From Takakia lepidozioides (Eukaryota; Plantae; Bryophyta), in the NCBI GenBank assembly GCA_030704615.1, contig CM060734.1, forward strand, positions 47,802,001-47,866,000: a stretch of 64,000 nucleotides of DNA. The letters are read 5' to 3'. Numbering within the stretch: position 1 is the stretch's first letter; each line of letters begins with the position of its first letter. Both the position numbers and the translations under genes were made by a program. The notes beneath the pieces were generated by a model that was not told the origin of the DNA, made no database searches, and saw nothing but the letters and a program-made list of their open reading frames with translations. Below, piece after piece: positions 14,401 to 28,235 of the stretch.

Positions 14401-15788
14401 GAGAGCGAAGACACAAGCATATGGCCCTGCAGATATGGCACTCATTCACCAAGACTGTTAGTCCTGACAAATTAATTCAAATTGTGATGAGATGTTCTTG
14501 CCTTCCTTCTTAGAGGTTCATTTGTTCATTTGAAAGGATTTTTGTAATGCTGCAAGCTCTTGTCTACTTGATGATAAAATTAGACAAGGTTGCAAGCATG
14601 ACCAGACTCTTTATTGTATGTCTCTTACCTTAGTTTTTTGTATGTTTCTACTTAGTCTCTGTTGTTTATGTTTTTGAGTGGGCCAGAGAAGGGCAAAAGG
14701 CCAATTACCATCGCTCGAACAGTGATGATGTCCTCAGTGCCCTCAACAGCTTTATGTCTCCATCTGTGTATGACCCAACGTGTTCAATATCTTCCCTACC
14801 ACCTACTTGAAGAACTTGGGTCCCACGCCTGCTTTCAAGATGGGAGATGGGGAGGGGCCCTCCCCAACAATTTTCAAAGGTAAGTACCTTCTCACAGAAC
14901 GTCACGCCAGCGCAACACCTTTGTCATACAATTCTTGTCATTTGTTTTTCACTGAAGGAACCGTGCTGGACCATGTTCTTGTGAGCACGCCCACATGGTC
15001 CATTTTGGGGACAGGAGAAAAAGTCTATGCTCGGATCTCCTGGCCGCCATTTCTCGAATGAATTTGGGGCCAGACCAAGGTCCAGCCTCCAGACATCAAC
15101 CCAAGTCATTGTTCTTCCCCTCCATTGTATTGTATTGTATTGGCATTCTTCCCGCACCCATTGCATGTGCTTCTTCATGAGTGCTTAATTGTTTGCTTGC
15201 TGTGTGTGTGAGAGAGAGAGATCTGTGCTGAGTGGGATGTGGGATGAGAGTGTTGGTGGTGTACAAATTTACAGAAGACAAAATGGTGAGTGTCAGAAGA
15301 AGAGCAAGAGCCAGCTGTAGGTACCTACTCCTACCCATGGGACCCATGCTCTACACATCCCATCATGTAGATCTGAGTGCTTGGAACCGCAGGATGTTGG
15401 GATGCATGTATGCCATCATGGCAGACAAGCTGCTTCGGGGATATGCGTTGCCTGCCTCACCTTCTTGCCATCGTTGTTGTGTGAGCGCAGGAAAGCGAGG
15501 GCCTTGGACGTGTTCAACGCCATCGCTGCTCGGAGTTGCGCAGAGTGGATGTGAGGGAGGAGAGGCTGGATTGGGTGGTGCTCAGCTTAATCCACGTTGG
15601 GTTGTTGCGAGGGGGACGGATTGCTGTGATGGAGTCTGCAAAGGAAGGGCGAGTGTGGGAGATGGTGTTGGGTCAGTGGGACAGAGGTTGGGTCCGTGAA
15701 GCAAAGCTTGTGTAAGGTCGACGGGTAATAGTCTGTGTGTACCCCATGTGCTGCACCGTCGGGTCTACTCAGGGAGGGCGGCCGAAGC

Positions 15789-18700
15789 ATGGGATCAGGA
15801 AGCAGTCGCAATGCAACGGAGGATCCCACAGTGAGACGAGATGGTGTTGTTTCTGTTGATCGCCTTGGCCGCCCCTCATTTCACTGCAATCCCGAGGTTA
15901 CATCCATTTCTAATCTGTTGGATTGCAATTGAGCTGTTCAGTCGGATCTCTGCGGAGGGAGGGGTATGAGGCTTGCGACAATTTGCCTCGCATGTTTGAG
16001 GGGGCAGTGTGAGAGTTTTCCCCACGAGGGATCTGGCCGTGCACATGATGTGTGAGGCCTATGGCCATGCCATCTGTTCTAAGGTTTCTGTCCATTGACT
16101 GCCTAGGTATGATGTGTCAGAGAAGTTAGTGTTTTTACAACCCTTTTTTCTTTTTGGGAGGAGCATGCACTGCTGCTCCTGTTTCTCATTTCTAGGCTAG
16201 AATATTGATACCTGCTCTTTGGCTCTGTTATTTCGGTGTCTTTCATCGTTGTAGGGCATCGTTATGATTCAATGACTGATCTGAAATACACCGAGCAACC
16301 TTGAGAAATATACACGAAGTAGACATTCCATTGTAAGGCCTGAGATCGTCAACTACCACTTGCCATCCATGTGTTTGCAGGAGTGCAGAGGGAGAATGGG
16401 GGTTGGGGTAAAATTGGAGGTTGGTGCTATGATATTCAGATTTAGTCCCGAGGTATGCCAGGAAAGTGTCTGAGAGCCTACCCTGGTATAGCTATGGGGC
16501 AAGATCCGACATTTTGGATATTTTCTGCTCTTGAACTTAGAAAGTTTGGCAGGATGTAAATGGAACTTCTCCACATGTAAAAGTTAGGATTCTGAATGAC
16601 AAGGTTGGGACTCAAAGTTGTTGGGATTTCCACCATCTATGCGCATGGCCGCAAATTTGGTGGTAGTGAGTTTATTGAAGTACAACTAGGCAGTGGCTGG
16701 GTTTTTTTTTCAATGACCCTGGACTGACTTGGCAAGCCATACTGAATTAGCATCTGGGATTGGAACTTATTACACATATCCTAATTTCTTTTGTAGTGTG
16801 ACACATTCATGGCTGTGACTATTTGCAGAGAGCATTAAATCATAACTGTGATGTATGTTTGCTGGCTTGTGGTTGCGATTTATGAGTGCTGTAGATGTTT
16901 CTGCAAGTTTCAGAAGCTCTGGACAGACAACTAAGTGAAGGGTTGAATTAGACCACCAAGCGAGAGGTTGAATTAGTAGGTTGGTAAGAAGCTTTATGGC
17001 TTTGCCAGGTATGCATGGAACGCCAGAGTGTTAGATTTTCAGGGAGCAATTAAGGCATATGTGCCTTGTTGACTCCTCCCAGTAGTGATTGCCAATGCTA
17101 TTGTGAATTGATTACTTGTCAAGTAATATACTGGTATCTGTGTGATATTTTCTATTCCTGTGTGCTCTTATATGAGCACACCTATTTACTCAATTTTTGT
17201 GGACGAGACTGCAGAGTTTGAATCCCCAGGAGATGCAATCGGGAAGCCGTGTACGCACAGGTTGGCCTAATCCTGGCAGTCATGGAGAAAGGAATGGAGA
17301 TGCTGTAGGCCTGAGCACCAGAGGGGTAGCCTCTACTGTCTGCGAGCCTGGGTCACTTCATGATGCCAGCAGTAGCAGTACCTCCTTGCAATTCGAAAAT
17401 GAGAGTGTTTCAGCAGGAGTAGATCAGACAACCCAGCCCCTTGATGTGGAAATGGGAGGGGGTAGACAGCCTGGGATTTTGGCATCACAGGAGTATTCCA
17501 GTGTCTCTGTAGGGAGACCAAGAGTAGGCACTATAGGTGTGCAGGAAACAGAGGTGAGGGAGCTGACTGCTGTGGCACAAGGAAGCAGGCAACTGTCAGA
17601 TGATGAAAGGATACAGGCGGCTTGTGAAACAACTTTACGGCGGCATCAAGTGAATGAGATGCAAGAACGTTTGCGGCGGTATGCTGGGTTGCCACCCTCA
17701 GTTGACCTTGAGGTGCTGGAACGGCAAGGCCTTTTGTCTACGGAAGTAGCTTCTCCACAACACCGAATGGAGGTGATGTCTGGGACAGTTAATAGTGGCC
17801 TTTTGAGAACTTCACATAGTGAGAGAGATACATATGATATTTCTGCCTGGCCAAGCCCTGCCGCTTTGCAGGCCTGGGATGGGTCGGGTGAAGGGCAGAC
17901 CTTAGAGAATCAGCATTCCTCCTATTCAGAACCATGGGAGAGCAGCTTTGTTGCCTTTGGGCCTAGATCAGCAGATATTTTGCCGCTTGCAAGTTCAGGC
18001 CGTACCAGTGCATCTCCAGTGGAGACATCTGGAATGGGCCGTGTGAATCCATTTGGTCGGGAAGGAAGACGCAATGGTGGAAGGAGGCTCTGGGATGCTC
18101 TGTCAAGAGCAGCCTCACATAGGCGCACCACTACACCAGCCGCAACTGCAAACAGTGATGATGTTTATGATTCAAGTCCTGGAGATGAGCCTACAGTGGA
18201 CATTGGAGGCTTTCATGGAAGCAGAAGCTTGGATTTTGAGGAAAGGAGGAGGCGGGTACGGTCTCAGGTAGTTGTTGTTTCACACACCATCTTGCATGTG
18301 TTTCCTTGTTTCCCTTTTTAGTAAGTCGCCACACCTGGTATATGTTTGACCATAACCATGTGTTGGACTGCAAAGCTAGCTTTCATGTGGAAAGGTGAGA
18401 CATTGCGGGTTTAACCCATGCAGGCATTTCTCGTTTTTAGGTTAAGTCTCTTTATGCTGGGGGCTATAACTGCTACTGAGATACATGGTACAGGTTTGGG
18501 CATTGCGACGCCTAAGCAATGGTCTTGAGGGAGTGCCAGGCCATTCAAGATTGTGTGCCTCCGGAGCAAATCATCGTGGACACCGCTGCTCTTGTGAACC
18601 TCATGGCATGGGGGATGATATAAACACGAGGGCCAGCATCTCTCGCATCATTATGCTTGCAGAAGCTTTGTTTGAGGTGAGATTGTGAATGAGGTTCATG

Positions 18701-20502
18701 GATCTGACCTGTGTATGCTGGCACTACCGTCTGGATTGTGGGGAGTAGGGGAATCATGCATTGCAGATATCTGACCAAGAGCATATAGACTTCTACATGA
18801 ATCAGCAATTTTTTATTCCTGGGACTCTTGTCTGGATTACCAGATCACTTTGTTTTTGTTAAATCATTCTTCTGAGAGGTTACTAGAGAGCATTTTTTGA
18901 GTGTGGCGTGTACAGGTGCTAGATGAGATACACAGGCAGTCGGTGGCACTATCACGGTCAGCAACTGTGTCACTCGCTTCTCTTCCTGCACCTACCACAG
19001 TCGTTGACGCCATTCCAGTCCGCATTCATTCGAAGCCTTCCCAACTCTGTGATGAAACTGCACAGTGAGTTTTTCTAACTTTTTGAGCCTTAAAGGCTTT
19101 CCAGATTACTGCATTCTGGAGTCATCAAGGATGTCCTGGAGTAAGCGTTGCGTTAGTGGACTTTGAATTGCTGCTGACTCCTGCAACACATATCTATCCT
19201 GTAATTAGGTCCTATGTTAGGCATGTGCATGAGAATTATGTGCTGGCTGAACGAATAGCTGAATTCAGACGCATATGTAAGTACAGTTAGCTGGGGTGGA
19301 TTATTCCTGTTTATCTCCAAGGAATGAACCAATCAGACTTGGGTGTTCCAAGTCTGCTGACATTACAGGCCATGCAGTGTATGTGAAGATTGTGCTCGGC
19401 GATTGTCTAGTTATTGGTACTGAGCTGGTATGGAAGAGACCTCTGCATAGGCTTAGAAATATGTGCCTGTCATGCATAGCTCAGGAGTATGATGTTGTCT
19501 GGAAGGTCATTTGCCCTGTTGCCTCAGGGGTTTGTAGAGGTCTTGGCTAACTATAAAGTCTTATGATGTCTAAATCCCTTATCTGAATTGAAAATTCCAA
19601 AATTAGTTTGTTGTACATTGAGACCCTGCAGGAGTTATATTTCAGATGCAGGCTTCATACTGCAATTTAGTGGTTGACTTTGAAATCCATGTGCTGCTGC
19701 CAGATTCACTTGAACATACCCCAATGTCTGGTAGCGACATTACTGTGACTGTTGTTTCATGTATATGATCAAGAATAAGGTGATTGTGGGTAAGAACCTC
19801 CAAGTGGAGCTTCAATTTTGGAATTTGCTGGGTGCAAGGTGTTACATTTGTCTTGTGGAGTATGAGGAAGGAGACCACCTCCGGGTACTTCCATGTCGCC
19901 ATGAGTATCACATGGCCTGTGTGGACAAGTGGCTCAAGGAGGTTCACCGGTATATCTGCATCCTTCACTTCATTACATGCAGCTCTACCTGTAATTTTAA
20001 TGTTATGTTACTGGCCATTAAGTGATGATTTATTTTCTGTGCTAAATCTCCTTGGATATCCTTGATTGTCCATTCACAGGCCTGATCTTCAGGCCTGCCT
20101 TGAATGAGACATTCCCAACCGAACTTTGGGTGTCCTGCAGCATAATCAGTGCAAATAAATTGGCAGTCTCATTCTTCAGAACATTATGACTTTCATGCAG
20201 AGCTCAGGAATGCACTAGCTCCTGTATTTTGTGGTAGCTATTATTTTTGAGATATGCAGAGTATGTTGCAGGTGCGACTGCTGTAAATGACATCAGATCA
20301 GTGCAGTTTGTATTTCCCTTAGTGTCATCTGTACGGTTGACACAGAACTTCCATGCTGGTCGTGGTTTGTGCAGATGTGAGCCAATTGGATATTGACAGG
20401 CTTCTGATTCAATTTGTGTCTGTGCGCAGCGTGTGCCCTCTGTGCCGCGGGAATGTGTGTGAGCTAAATCCACTCCAGAGTGGACTTGAACCAGCTGTGT
20501 AA
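15789..20502 (+). CDS. RING-H2 E3 ubiquitin ligase with N-terminal MGSGSS myristoylation motif
   Basis: Exons: 15789-(15830 or ~15895), 17215-18267, ~18494-18676, 18916-19063, 19839-19949, 20430-20502. The spliced product contains [25 protein letters not shown] and the RING-H2 [43 protein letters not shown]. Confidence 0.88.
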
Positions 20503-22542
20503 AATAACAAGCACTCTCATAACCTTTATGCAAGCTTGCTGAGTGCTGTGTCCAATGTGTCATAGATTCCCTGGCCTGTGGAGGCTTTGCTACACAGGTG
20601 GTTGGTTTATTCATTCTTTACTCGCTCTTACTGTATGCTGGAGGTGTTTGTTAGTTACTTTTGTGCATAAATGTCATCTATGGCATCTAGGTCGACAAGT
20701 ATAGCTGAAGAATACTCAGGTGAGTTGCTTTCTCGTTGAAATTAGGAGATTTACCACGAGACCAAAGATTCTCCGTTTCATTTTGTTGTAAGGTCTGTTC
20801 ATATGTCTTCAAGAACCTTCTGTGATCAGAGGGTTTCGATGTCCCACACTTCCAGGTCATTCTCTGTTCAGCTGACAATTGCAGGTGGCTTCTGATACAA
20901 AAACCCTACTCATGTACTTGAACATGGGTATAATTGAATGAAGCCTTTAACAAAATCTGGTTTCATCAGAGGAGGTATGAACTATTGTTTATAGATCACT
21001 GCAAACTGAGACCCGGCTTGACTGAATTATGACAGTAAACAGAATCATCCCAAATCTGATTACCCAAGTGCCAGGGAAAACACTAATTTTATCTTCAAAG
21101 AAGATGCACATAGGACCTTGCCTCAATATGGCTGTGCGGACTGTCATTCACTGAGAAATGAGGGTGTGGCATGTGAACCTAGTTACCAAGATTTCTTAAA
21201 ACTGCACTGAAGGGAAAGAAAGAAAAGGAGACTTTAAAATGAGGCCCGGTTTTTGGGCTTTTAAGAAATTTGTCATGATTGTTTGTGTATCTATGCAAAC
21301 ACTGTTGATGCGGGCCTAATTGGGTCCTAACATTAGCTGGAAGTGCATGATACTTCCAAAGGTACCAATTCCGCTCTCTTTGGGTTTGGTGGTCCTTATA
21401 CACCTTCATCTTGCATGTACACTTTGGTTGATCCGGAGTTGCTCATGTTGCACTTGATCCATTGGCATATAGAACTAATGAAACAATTTGGCATCATCTT
21501 ATTTTGTGAGACTTCAAATTTGTTATGACAGGAGGGAGATCGCAGGGAGATCGCATGTGCCTGAGATGAGAACATAATACATCAAGTTGTGGGTGATTTA
21601 TGTTATTCCTTGTTTCTCTGTTGGACTTTTTCTCACTCATCAAATCATCCCAACTACAGTCTGATACCATGTGAGAATGCAAGCATATTGTGGATATGAG
21701 AGGTTTGTGTATGGTTGAGTGTGCTCTTAACCTTATTGGATTGAAGTACTCCAACGAGAAGAGCATGCAAAGGTCCAGTATCCTAATGGCCTAGCACTCA
21801 TTAGAGCACCAGATTCTGTGTTGTTGAAAGAATCCAAAGAACTTTCAATCAGTGAATTTGCTACTTCAGCATTTCTCAAAAGAAGGGTACAGAGATTGTG
21901 GTCAGATTTTGCCTCCCAATTACCCCCCATAGCTTCCATGGGAACACAAACACAATCCAAGCCAAAAGTTCTCATCGAAACTCCTGTCAATGTGAGATTT
22001 ACTGAGCAGCACTTTCGAGAGGCATCGATGGCCTTGCTTTCCTGCATAGTCAGACCTTCTGCACTCGTCCTCAACGAACGTTTGCTGCCCACAAGGTCCA
22101 AAACCCATAAGAGTGCTCAAAAGCTTCCACTTGTGGTGTTGTCCTGTGCATGTCTTGATGGTTTTAATCAAACCCATCTTGCGTCAGCCAAGGTATTGCG
22201 TTGCTGGTAGTTGTGTAGCTTGATTGATGCAAGATGGAATCTCTGCAGCTTAAATCTGCAATATCTATTCTCTACACATCAGCAAAATAGTCGCAATCTG
22301 TCACTGCGGTGACAGCTTTGCAGGCTAGCTGACAGCGGGTGCAGGGAGAAGGCCGGGTGGATGCAGGAGATGTCACATGTGACAGAATTCTCTTCTGCTT
22401 TCACAGAATTTGACCTGCATCAGCGTGTGAGAGAGATGCCATCATCAAACCCATTGAAATTGTTAGTGTGAATCATCTAGCAGCTGACTGAGGAGGGGCT
22501 TCATCACACTTGCGAGCGCCATAGCCAGCCATCGCTGGACTG

Positions 22543-24338
22543 ATGCCTGCGGTCGTAGGCAATGTGGCTGTGACGCAAAAGCTGAACCCTCCTCAACTGC
22601 TCTCTGCCACTGCCTCCCTTTCCTTACCCCGTACTGGACCCTGCCAATTATCGCACTCACACTTTCTTGCGAATGTGACTAGCTTGGAAGACCTGCACTC
22701 GAGTACTTCCAAGGTTGCACGTTTGGATAGGAGGCGAGGGCAGGAGACATGTACATGGCGCGTCCAAGCTGCACAAAGTCGGATTGCCGTGAGACTTCCG
22801 ACCTTGATAGTGAGCACAGGTTGGAAAGGAGTGGACGTCGAAGAACTAAGTGCGTTGCTGGCAGCCACAAAGCAAAATTGTGAGCAGTTCCCTGGGGTGC
22901 AAGCAGATGGTTCACTGGCAAGGGTGGATCATGTGAAGCTGCGGCGGGCATTACAACACAGCTTTGTTGTAGTGACAATACGTGTAAGGGGTGAGATTCC
23001 AGGCGGCGATTATCTGGAGAGGGCTCCATGTTCTCAACCTCCCGAGGGCTGGTTAGGACCCTGGTTGCCTCAGCCGAATCGATTGATAGCGTTTGGGCGT
23101 GCTACTTCAGATCACACTCTCACTGCTTCAATCTATGACCTGGCGGTGAGAATTGAGCAGTACATATTGAACTGATTTCAAAATTGGTATTTGCCCTGGA
23201 CATACATCTTGTTGTACCTTCATATCCTCAAACTGAGAAAAGCTCAGAATGTATGTCTTCGTTTTGCCATCAGAGTGCAGTCAATACAACTGTCCATTAT
23301 GTTGCTGTACTCGGATATGCTTTGATAAACAGACGGTGTGCTCTTCATGGGTATGAAGAATTCGAAGTTCTGTGTATCCCAACAGGTTGCACCATCATTG
23401 CAAGGGCAGGGAGTAGGTCGTCGACTTATTTGGAGAATCATCAGGTATGAAACAGCCAAGACGATGGTCACCTTGTTTCAAGTGTTGTTGTCGAGTAGTA
23501 GTGTACTTCGTTCTTGGATTGTCCACGCGATACTCTGAACTCACAGACTCCTTCAACCATCAAAAAGTATCCCACTCATCTGTCTCACTTTTCAAGCTAT
23601 CCATCATTGTATGGGTTTATCTCTGCTAGAGAGAGGCAAACCATTACTTTTTTCCAGTGACTATTAGAGTTTTATGTCTCTTTCCTTGCCTGATTCTCTG
23701 TCCAGGGAACTTACACGCCAAGGAATTTCTGATATTTCTGTGTTGTCCTCACCTGAGCAAAGGTACTTCATTGTTTCTATCTATGACCAACAGTTGCAGT
23801 TGATGTCAGGGTAGCTCCTAAATAGCTTGTTAAAAGTGCTATCTGTAAGGGGCCGTGCCACAATTTTGTGAAACTGTTCTAGTTGTGAGATGTGGTCAGC
23901 TGAGGATCCAGTTTGTATGCTTGCCCTGCAATCTGGTAATGGTAACTCCGGAGATCCATCAACTTTGCATTGGGAGGCCCACAGGCCCCTGTAGAACTTA
24001 TTTCGTATTTATATCTGATCAGCATCGTGGCTGTGTCGAGCTCTAACCTCGACAAGATGTTAGAGGGATATGAGTGTTTTCCAATCATGCCAAGGAATCA
24101 AACAGTGAGCTTTCAATGATGCAGGCCTTTTTTTGAGGCATGTGGATTTGGGCCAGATGTGTTGGGTTCTACCAGCATGGTCTACACTGCAAGGGCCAGA
24201 AGCACACAATCGCATGTGAAGCAGGTGGGTAGAAACTTGCTCCTAGTCCCTGCTCCATTAGCAGAGGCATTTAAGAAGCAACCAATCACTGCAGTCCGAC
24301 AAGAATGTACTGAGAAATCTGACAGCATAATGTTCTGA
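22543..24338 (+). CDS. GNAT3: Plastid GCN5-related N-acetyltransferase, GNAT3-like
   Basis: Exons 22543-23145, 23386-23444, 23706-23762, 24125-24338 splice in frame. Product has LIAFGRATSDHTLTASIYDLAVAPSLQGQGVG (acetyl-CoA motif QxxGxG), PFFEACGFGPDVLGSTSM and a transit-peptide-like N-terminus. Confidence 0.85.
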
Positions 24339-25521
24339 GACAGCTGGAAACCCCAAGTAGAAATACTTCCTAAGCTTGAGAAGCTCTGTATCATAATTGT
24401 TCTGATCTCTGGCATCTGCAACTGGGGATGGTAGATATTTTGCCTAGTGTTATTATTATGTTATTTTGCTTTAGGTGGAAACCTGAGCATAAGTTGTTTC
24501 TTTACCAGAAACAGAGAATTGTATTGAGAAGGTTTCTAGGAATGCCTGTACTCATGAACCTTATGAAAACTAAAGCGGAAATGGCTGCATTGTAATCTGG
24601 CTTGTTACAGTAGGTGCATTCTTGTAAACAGGATTAACAAATGGCAAGGCTGGCACTGGTGATTGGATCCTAACAACATCCTACAAATGCAGACCCATTC
24701 AAAGTGATACACCATTTGACATTGACAATGAATGTAAAATTGAGAAGTTAAAAGATATTGTAGCACTCTCTTGGGTACAAAAGCATCTCGTCTGGTACAA
24801 TTCACTTGTCTTCAGTATGGTTGTCACTGGCCAGGGTGAGGGTTCTTGATATTTGTCGTAAGTTGCTCATATATGCTATGCAGGGAGTCAGCTTTGAAGT
24901 CACCCATGGCATGATTCATTATCAACTAGTGACACTACGAAAAGTTCTTTGTCAACTTGATTGGATCAGATGCATTTGTCATTTTCAAACAGTTCCTGCA
25001 CGGAACAGCAACATTTTGAATATGAGGTTTCCAGAGATTGTGTGATGATAACAAAACAGTTTAGGAGTCGCACCAGCTATCACCCTCCCTATAATGACTT
25101 CAGCCAGCCCATTCATGGACCACAAACCTTTAAGTGGGAAGACATTTTATTACTTAGTTGAGAGTTCGATGTGTCCTTCATTGCTTCTCATCAAAAGTAT
25201 TACACTGCTCTCAGACCCAACAAACAACTGGAATTGAAGATTTGCTCAGCTTCAAGTTTTTAAGTTTCCGATAGGAGCCAAATTTGAGGGTCACTTGGAA
25301 AGTTGCGTCTCAGTACAGTACTAGAAGGAGAATGCTAAAAGTAGCAATCATCATCTTGTCCAGAGTTGCAAAGATGTTTTTAATTGGGCCTTCAGGTGAT
25401 GGGGTGATACTCCTCACTGCAGCTCTGTATCAGCACACAAGAAATTCTTCTGTGAAACAAGTGCCAAACGAGTCACTAGAGCAGTCAATCTCCATCAATA
25501 TGATGGACACTGCTTATTTGT

Positions 25522-25601
25522 ATCCAAAACAGCTCAGTGGTTAGAGCAAATGTAACCACAAAGACTTCGTCATTCCCGGGAGTCGAATCCTCTTATAGCC
25601 A
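25522..25601 (+). other. tRNA-like relic (A-box and B-box, no acceptor stem)
   Basis: AGCTCAGTGGTTAGAGC at 25531-25547 and GGAGTCGAATCC at 25579-25590. The ends do not pair, so it is not a functional tRNA. Confidence 0.3.
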
Positions 25602-26214
25602 ATAGAGGCACAGCAAAGCAGTCCACTCAATTGCAGGTTGTACTGTTCATAAAAAATCCGAGACCTTGTCCCAAGTATACTATGTGTCTCAGGCCACAGG
25701 GAAACTTTGTGCACAGCCACCGGCTCATAATGTGAAGTGGTTTAAAGAATGCCAGCCCCAATAACTGGAACCAGTCACATCATTTTCTTCGTACATATGC
25801 CAGGAAACAGAACTACAGAAATTAAGGAGGGGGCACTTATGATCAATGCATCTATTGCCTGCCGCTATCTACACACACAATTCATCTGGAGTACAACAAA
25901 ACTCCCTTCCGAAATATAACACAAACTGTACACACATAAGCAGCTGTCTACTTGAACAGCTGAGAAGCTGAAAAAAACACACCAAGATCCAATAATGAGA
26001 CCAGAAGAGTGGAGTTATCAATTGACGGCCCTGCCTTCTTTCCTTTACAAGAATAGCTGCTTGAAGAGAATTATGTACAGCGGCGGACTAATTGAAAGAG
26101 AGGAATGGCTGCGATAATATGAATGATAATCTACATGTGTACTATAGTACAAGGTTTGTAGGACTACTTACCGCCTATCTATATATGTTTTACCTAGAGG
26201 TCCAGGCTTCAGCA

Positions 26215-27707
26215 TCAAGACAGTAGTAGTGTCTCAGTTTGGCTCATTTGAGGAGGCAAAAAAACCCGCACTTCTCTCTCTTCAGTGAAGACGTGGTGCT
26301 TAGGTACCATGATCTCCAGACCTGCACAGGCCTCAGCATAGAAAGCTTTCAACTCTGCATTCTCCGGAATCCTGGTTGCCAGCCCAATCTCCCGCACAAA
26401 CTCTCCTGAAGGACAGTGTTCTGGATTCGGGTCTGTCAATTTGAAAGTCCTGTCTCCCCTCATTACAAATGGGGTCCGAGCAGTGCTTGTACAATGAATT
26501 TTGACTATGCCATGTGTTGCAGTGTTGCGCCATGATACACGCAGCCTCTGCAAGTCTGTGAAAGGCAAGCTCACCATTATCAGATATCCTTTCTCGTCTT
26601 CATATATACTTTTGGCCCCTGTTACAGGCCCACATGCTTGAGTCATCACTCCTGAAAAATTCGGAAGCCACCAGGGTTGTGCCCCTGGCTGGTGATTTTC
26701 TGTTCCTGCATAAGTGACAATAGGAACACATGATTCCACCTCATTTCCAAATGGCAACAGCCCGCTGGGAAGAAGGGGGCGCATTTTTTTCTTCTTGCCT
26801 CCCGGATTCAAACTCAGACTGCCGCTACTTGCTGGGCTCGGCAATTGGCTGGCCAATTTCAACGTTGTCCCGTTCAGCTTTCCAGACCTGGAGGAGTGCT
26901 TCTTGATGGAGCCATTTGGAGGTTTGCTCGGAGAAGGCAGACCTGTCCGCTCTAAGTCAAAGTCTGTGCTGGGAAGGTTCCGCCACTCTGAAAACGCTTC
27001 GGCATCAGGAGGTATCAAAAAATTCAGTTCTCTGCCTGTCAATTCCATCCACCGTTTTATGTCCTCCTCGCTCACATTCGAGAGATTCGGAGACCTAACA
27101 ACCTCGACGCCATGAACACACTGCGGGTTAGACAAGCCCCTGTAATGCTTCCTCTGCATTCTGTGAGACCTAGCAAAGCCTTTATCAGCGCTGAAAGGAA
27201 ATTGTGGCTCCCCAAACCTCGCATGTCCATTCATGTAACTGCGAAGTTGCATCTTGCCCAGGGCATTCTCCGGCCTTTCCTTGAAGGCCCACATGTACAT
27301 ATTCTCCATGTCGTGCTGCACCAAGAAAAGATCAAGCCGCAAATCCGATTTGTCCAGAGGACCTATGAGCCCTCCTTCTCGGCTCAGCTTATTCTGGCAG
27401 TTGTCAGTCAGCGCAGGCCGGAAGTAATGGTTGAAAAAAAACCAAGCCCCCCATATAGTGTCACCCCTCCTCACCCACCGCCTCCCTTTGGAAGGAGTCA
27501 AGCTTCCCAGATCCGGACTGTGCGTAGGCGCCAACCCAACATCCAGCAAGTCGGACGGCTTCGATCCCCATGACCCTGCTGGGCTGATTTCAACAGACAA
27601 AGGCAAATTGATGTCAGGAGGCCCCCCGCCACTGCCTGCCGCGACGACCCGCACTCATCGTGCGCGTTTGTATCCATGGACAGGGACGTAAGCAATGCAT
27701 CTGTCAT
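26215..27707 (-). CDS. SLT1/FYD-family protein with C-terminal HSP20-like domain; apparent 1-bp frameshift at 27622-27627
   Basis: Conserved blocks PPDINLPLS, WGAWFFF, FLVQHDMENMYMW, KERPENALGKMQLRSYMNGH, RSHRMQRKHYRGLSNPQCVHG and EHCPSGEFVREI. The family-like N-terminus MTDALLTSLSMD (ATG at 27707) is one frame off from the main ORF. Confidence 0.88.
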
Positions 27708-28142
27708 CTTGCTCCCCCCCCCAGCCTCTCCCCCTCAAAACCCTAGCCTCAAAACCCTATCATTATCACCCCCTGCACTGATCAGTTGCAGAACATAGAC
27801 GGGCTTTGTATAGCAGCGGGGCCTGCGTTCTTCGCTCTCTCCAGTATCCATGCACACTCACAAGCGTGCCACGGACCTCTCCGCCCCTCCCACTTGCCCA
27901 CTATCTATAATCCAAACCTGCTGCAGCGAGTAGTCGCACAAACACTCACATCCCCGCCCCACACTGAACCAATCCAACCCGACACGCATTTTCGGCTTCC
28001 AACCATCTCCTCCTCCCACACTCCTCCCCCCCAACCTCACCACACACGCACCCAAAAATCTCCCCACCACGGGATCCACCTCCGCTGAGCCTGCAAAGAA
28101 AAGCAACTGAATTTTTTGCTCAGATCGAAATCAACTCGCTTC

Positions 28143-28235
28143 TCAACACCATCGCTGCGATTCTGCAAGCAAATGGCCGTGTACGTCCAGGGCGGGGGCA
28201 GCACCCGGATGGCAGGCGGGGAGGCCGAGCGCCAT
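28143..28235 (-). promoter_or_regulatory. Candidate upstream ORF (30 aa) in the leader of the SLT1-family gene
   Basis: ATG at 28235 gives MALGLPACHPGAAPALDVHGHLLAESQRWC*, upstream of the main ATG at 27707. Confidence 0.4.
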
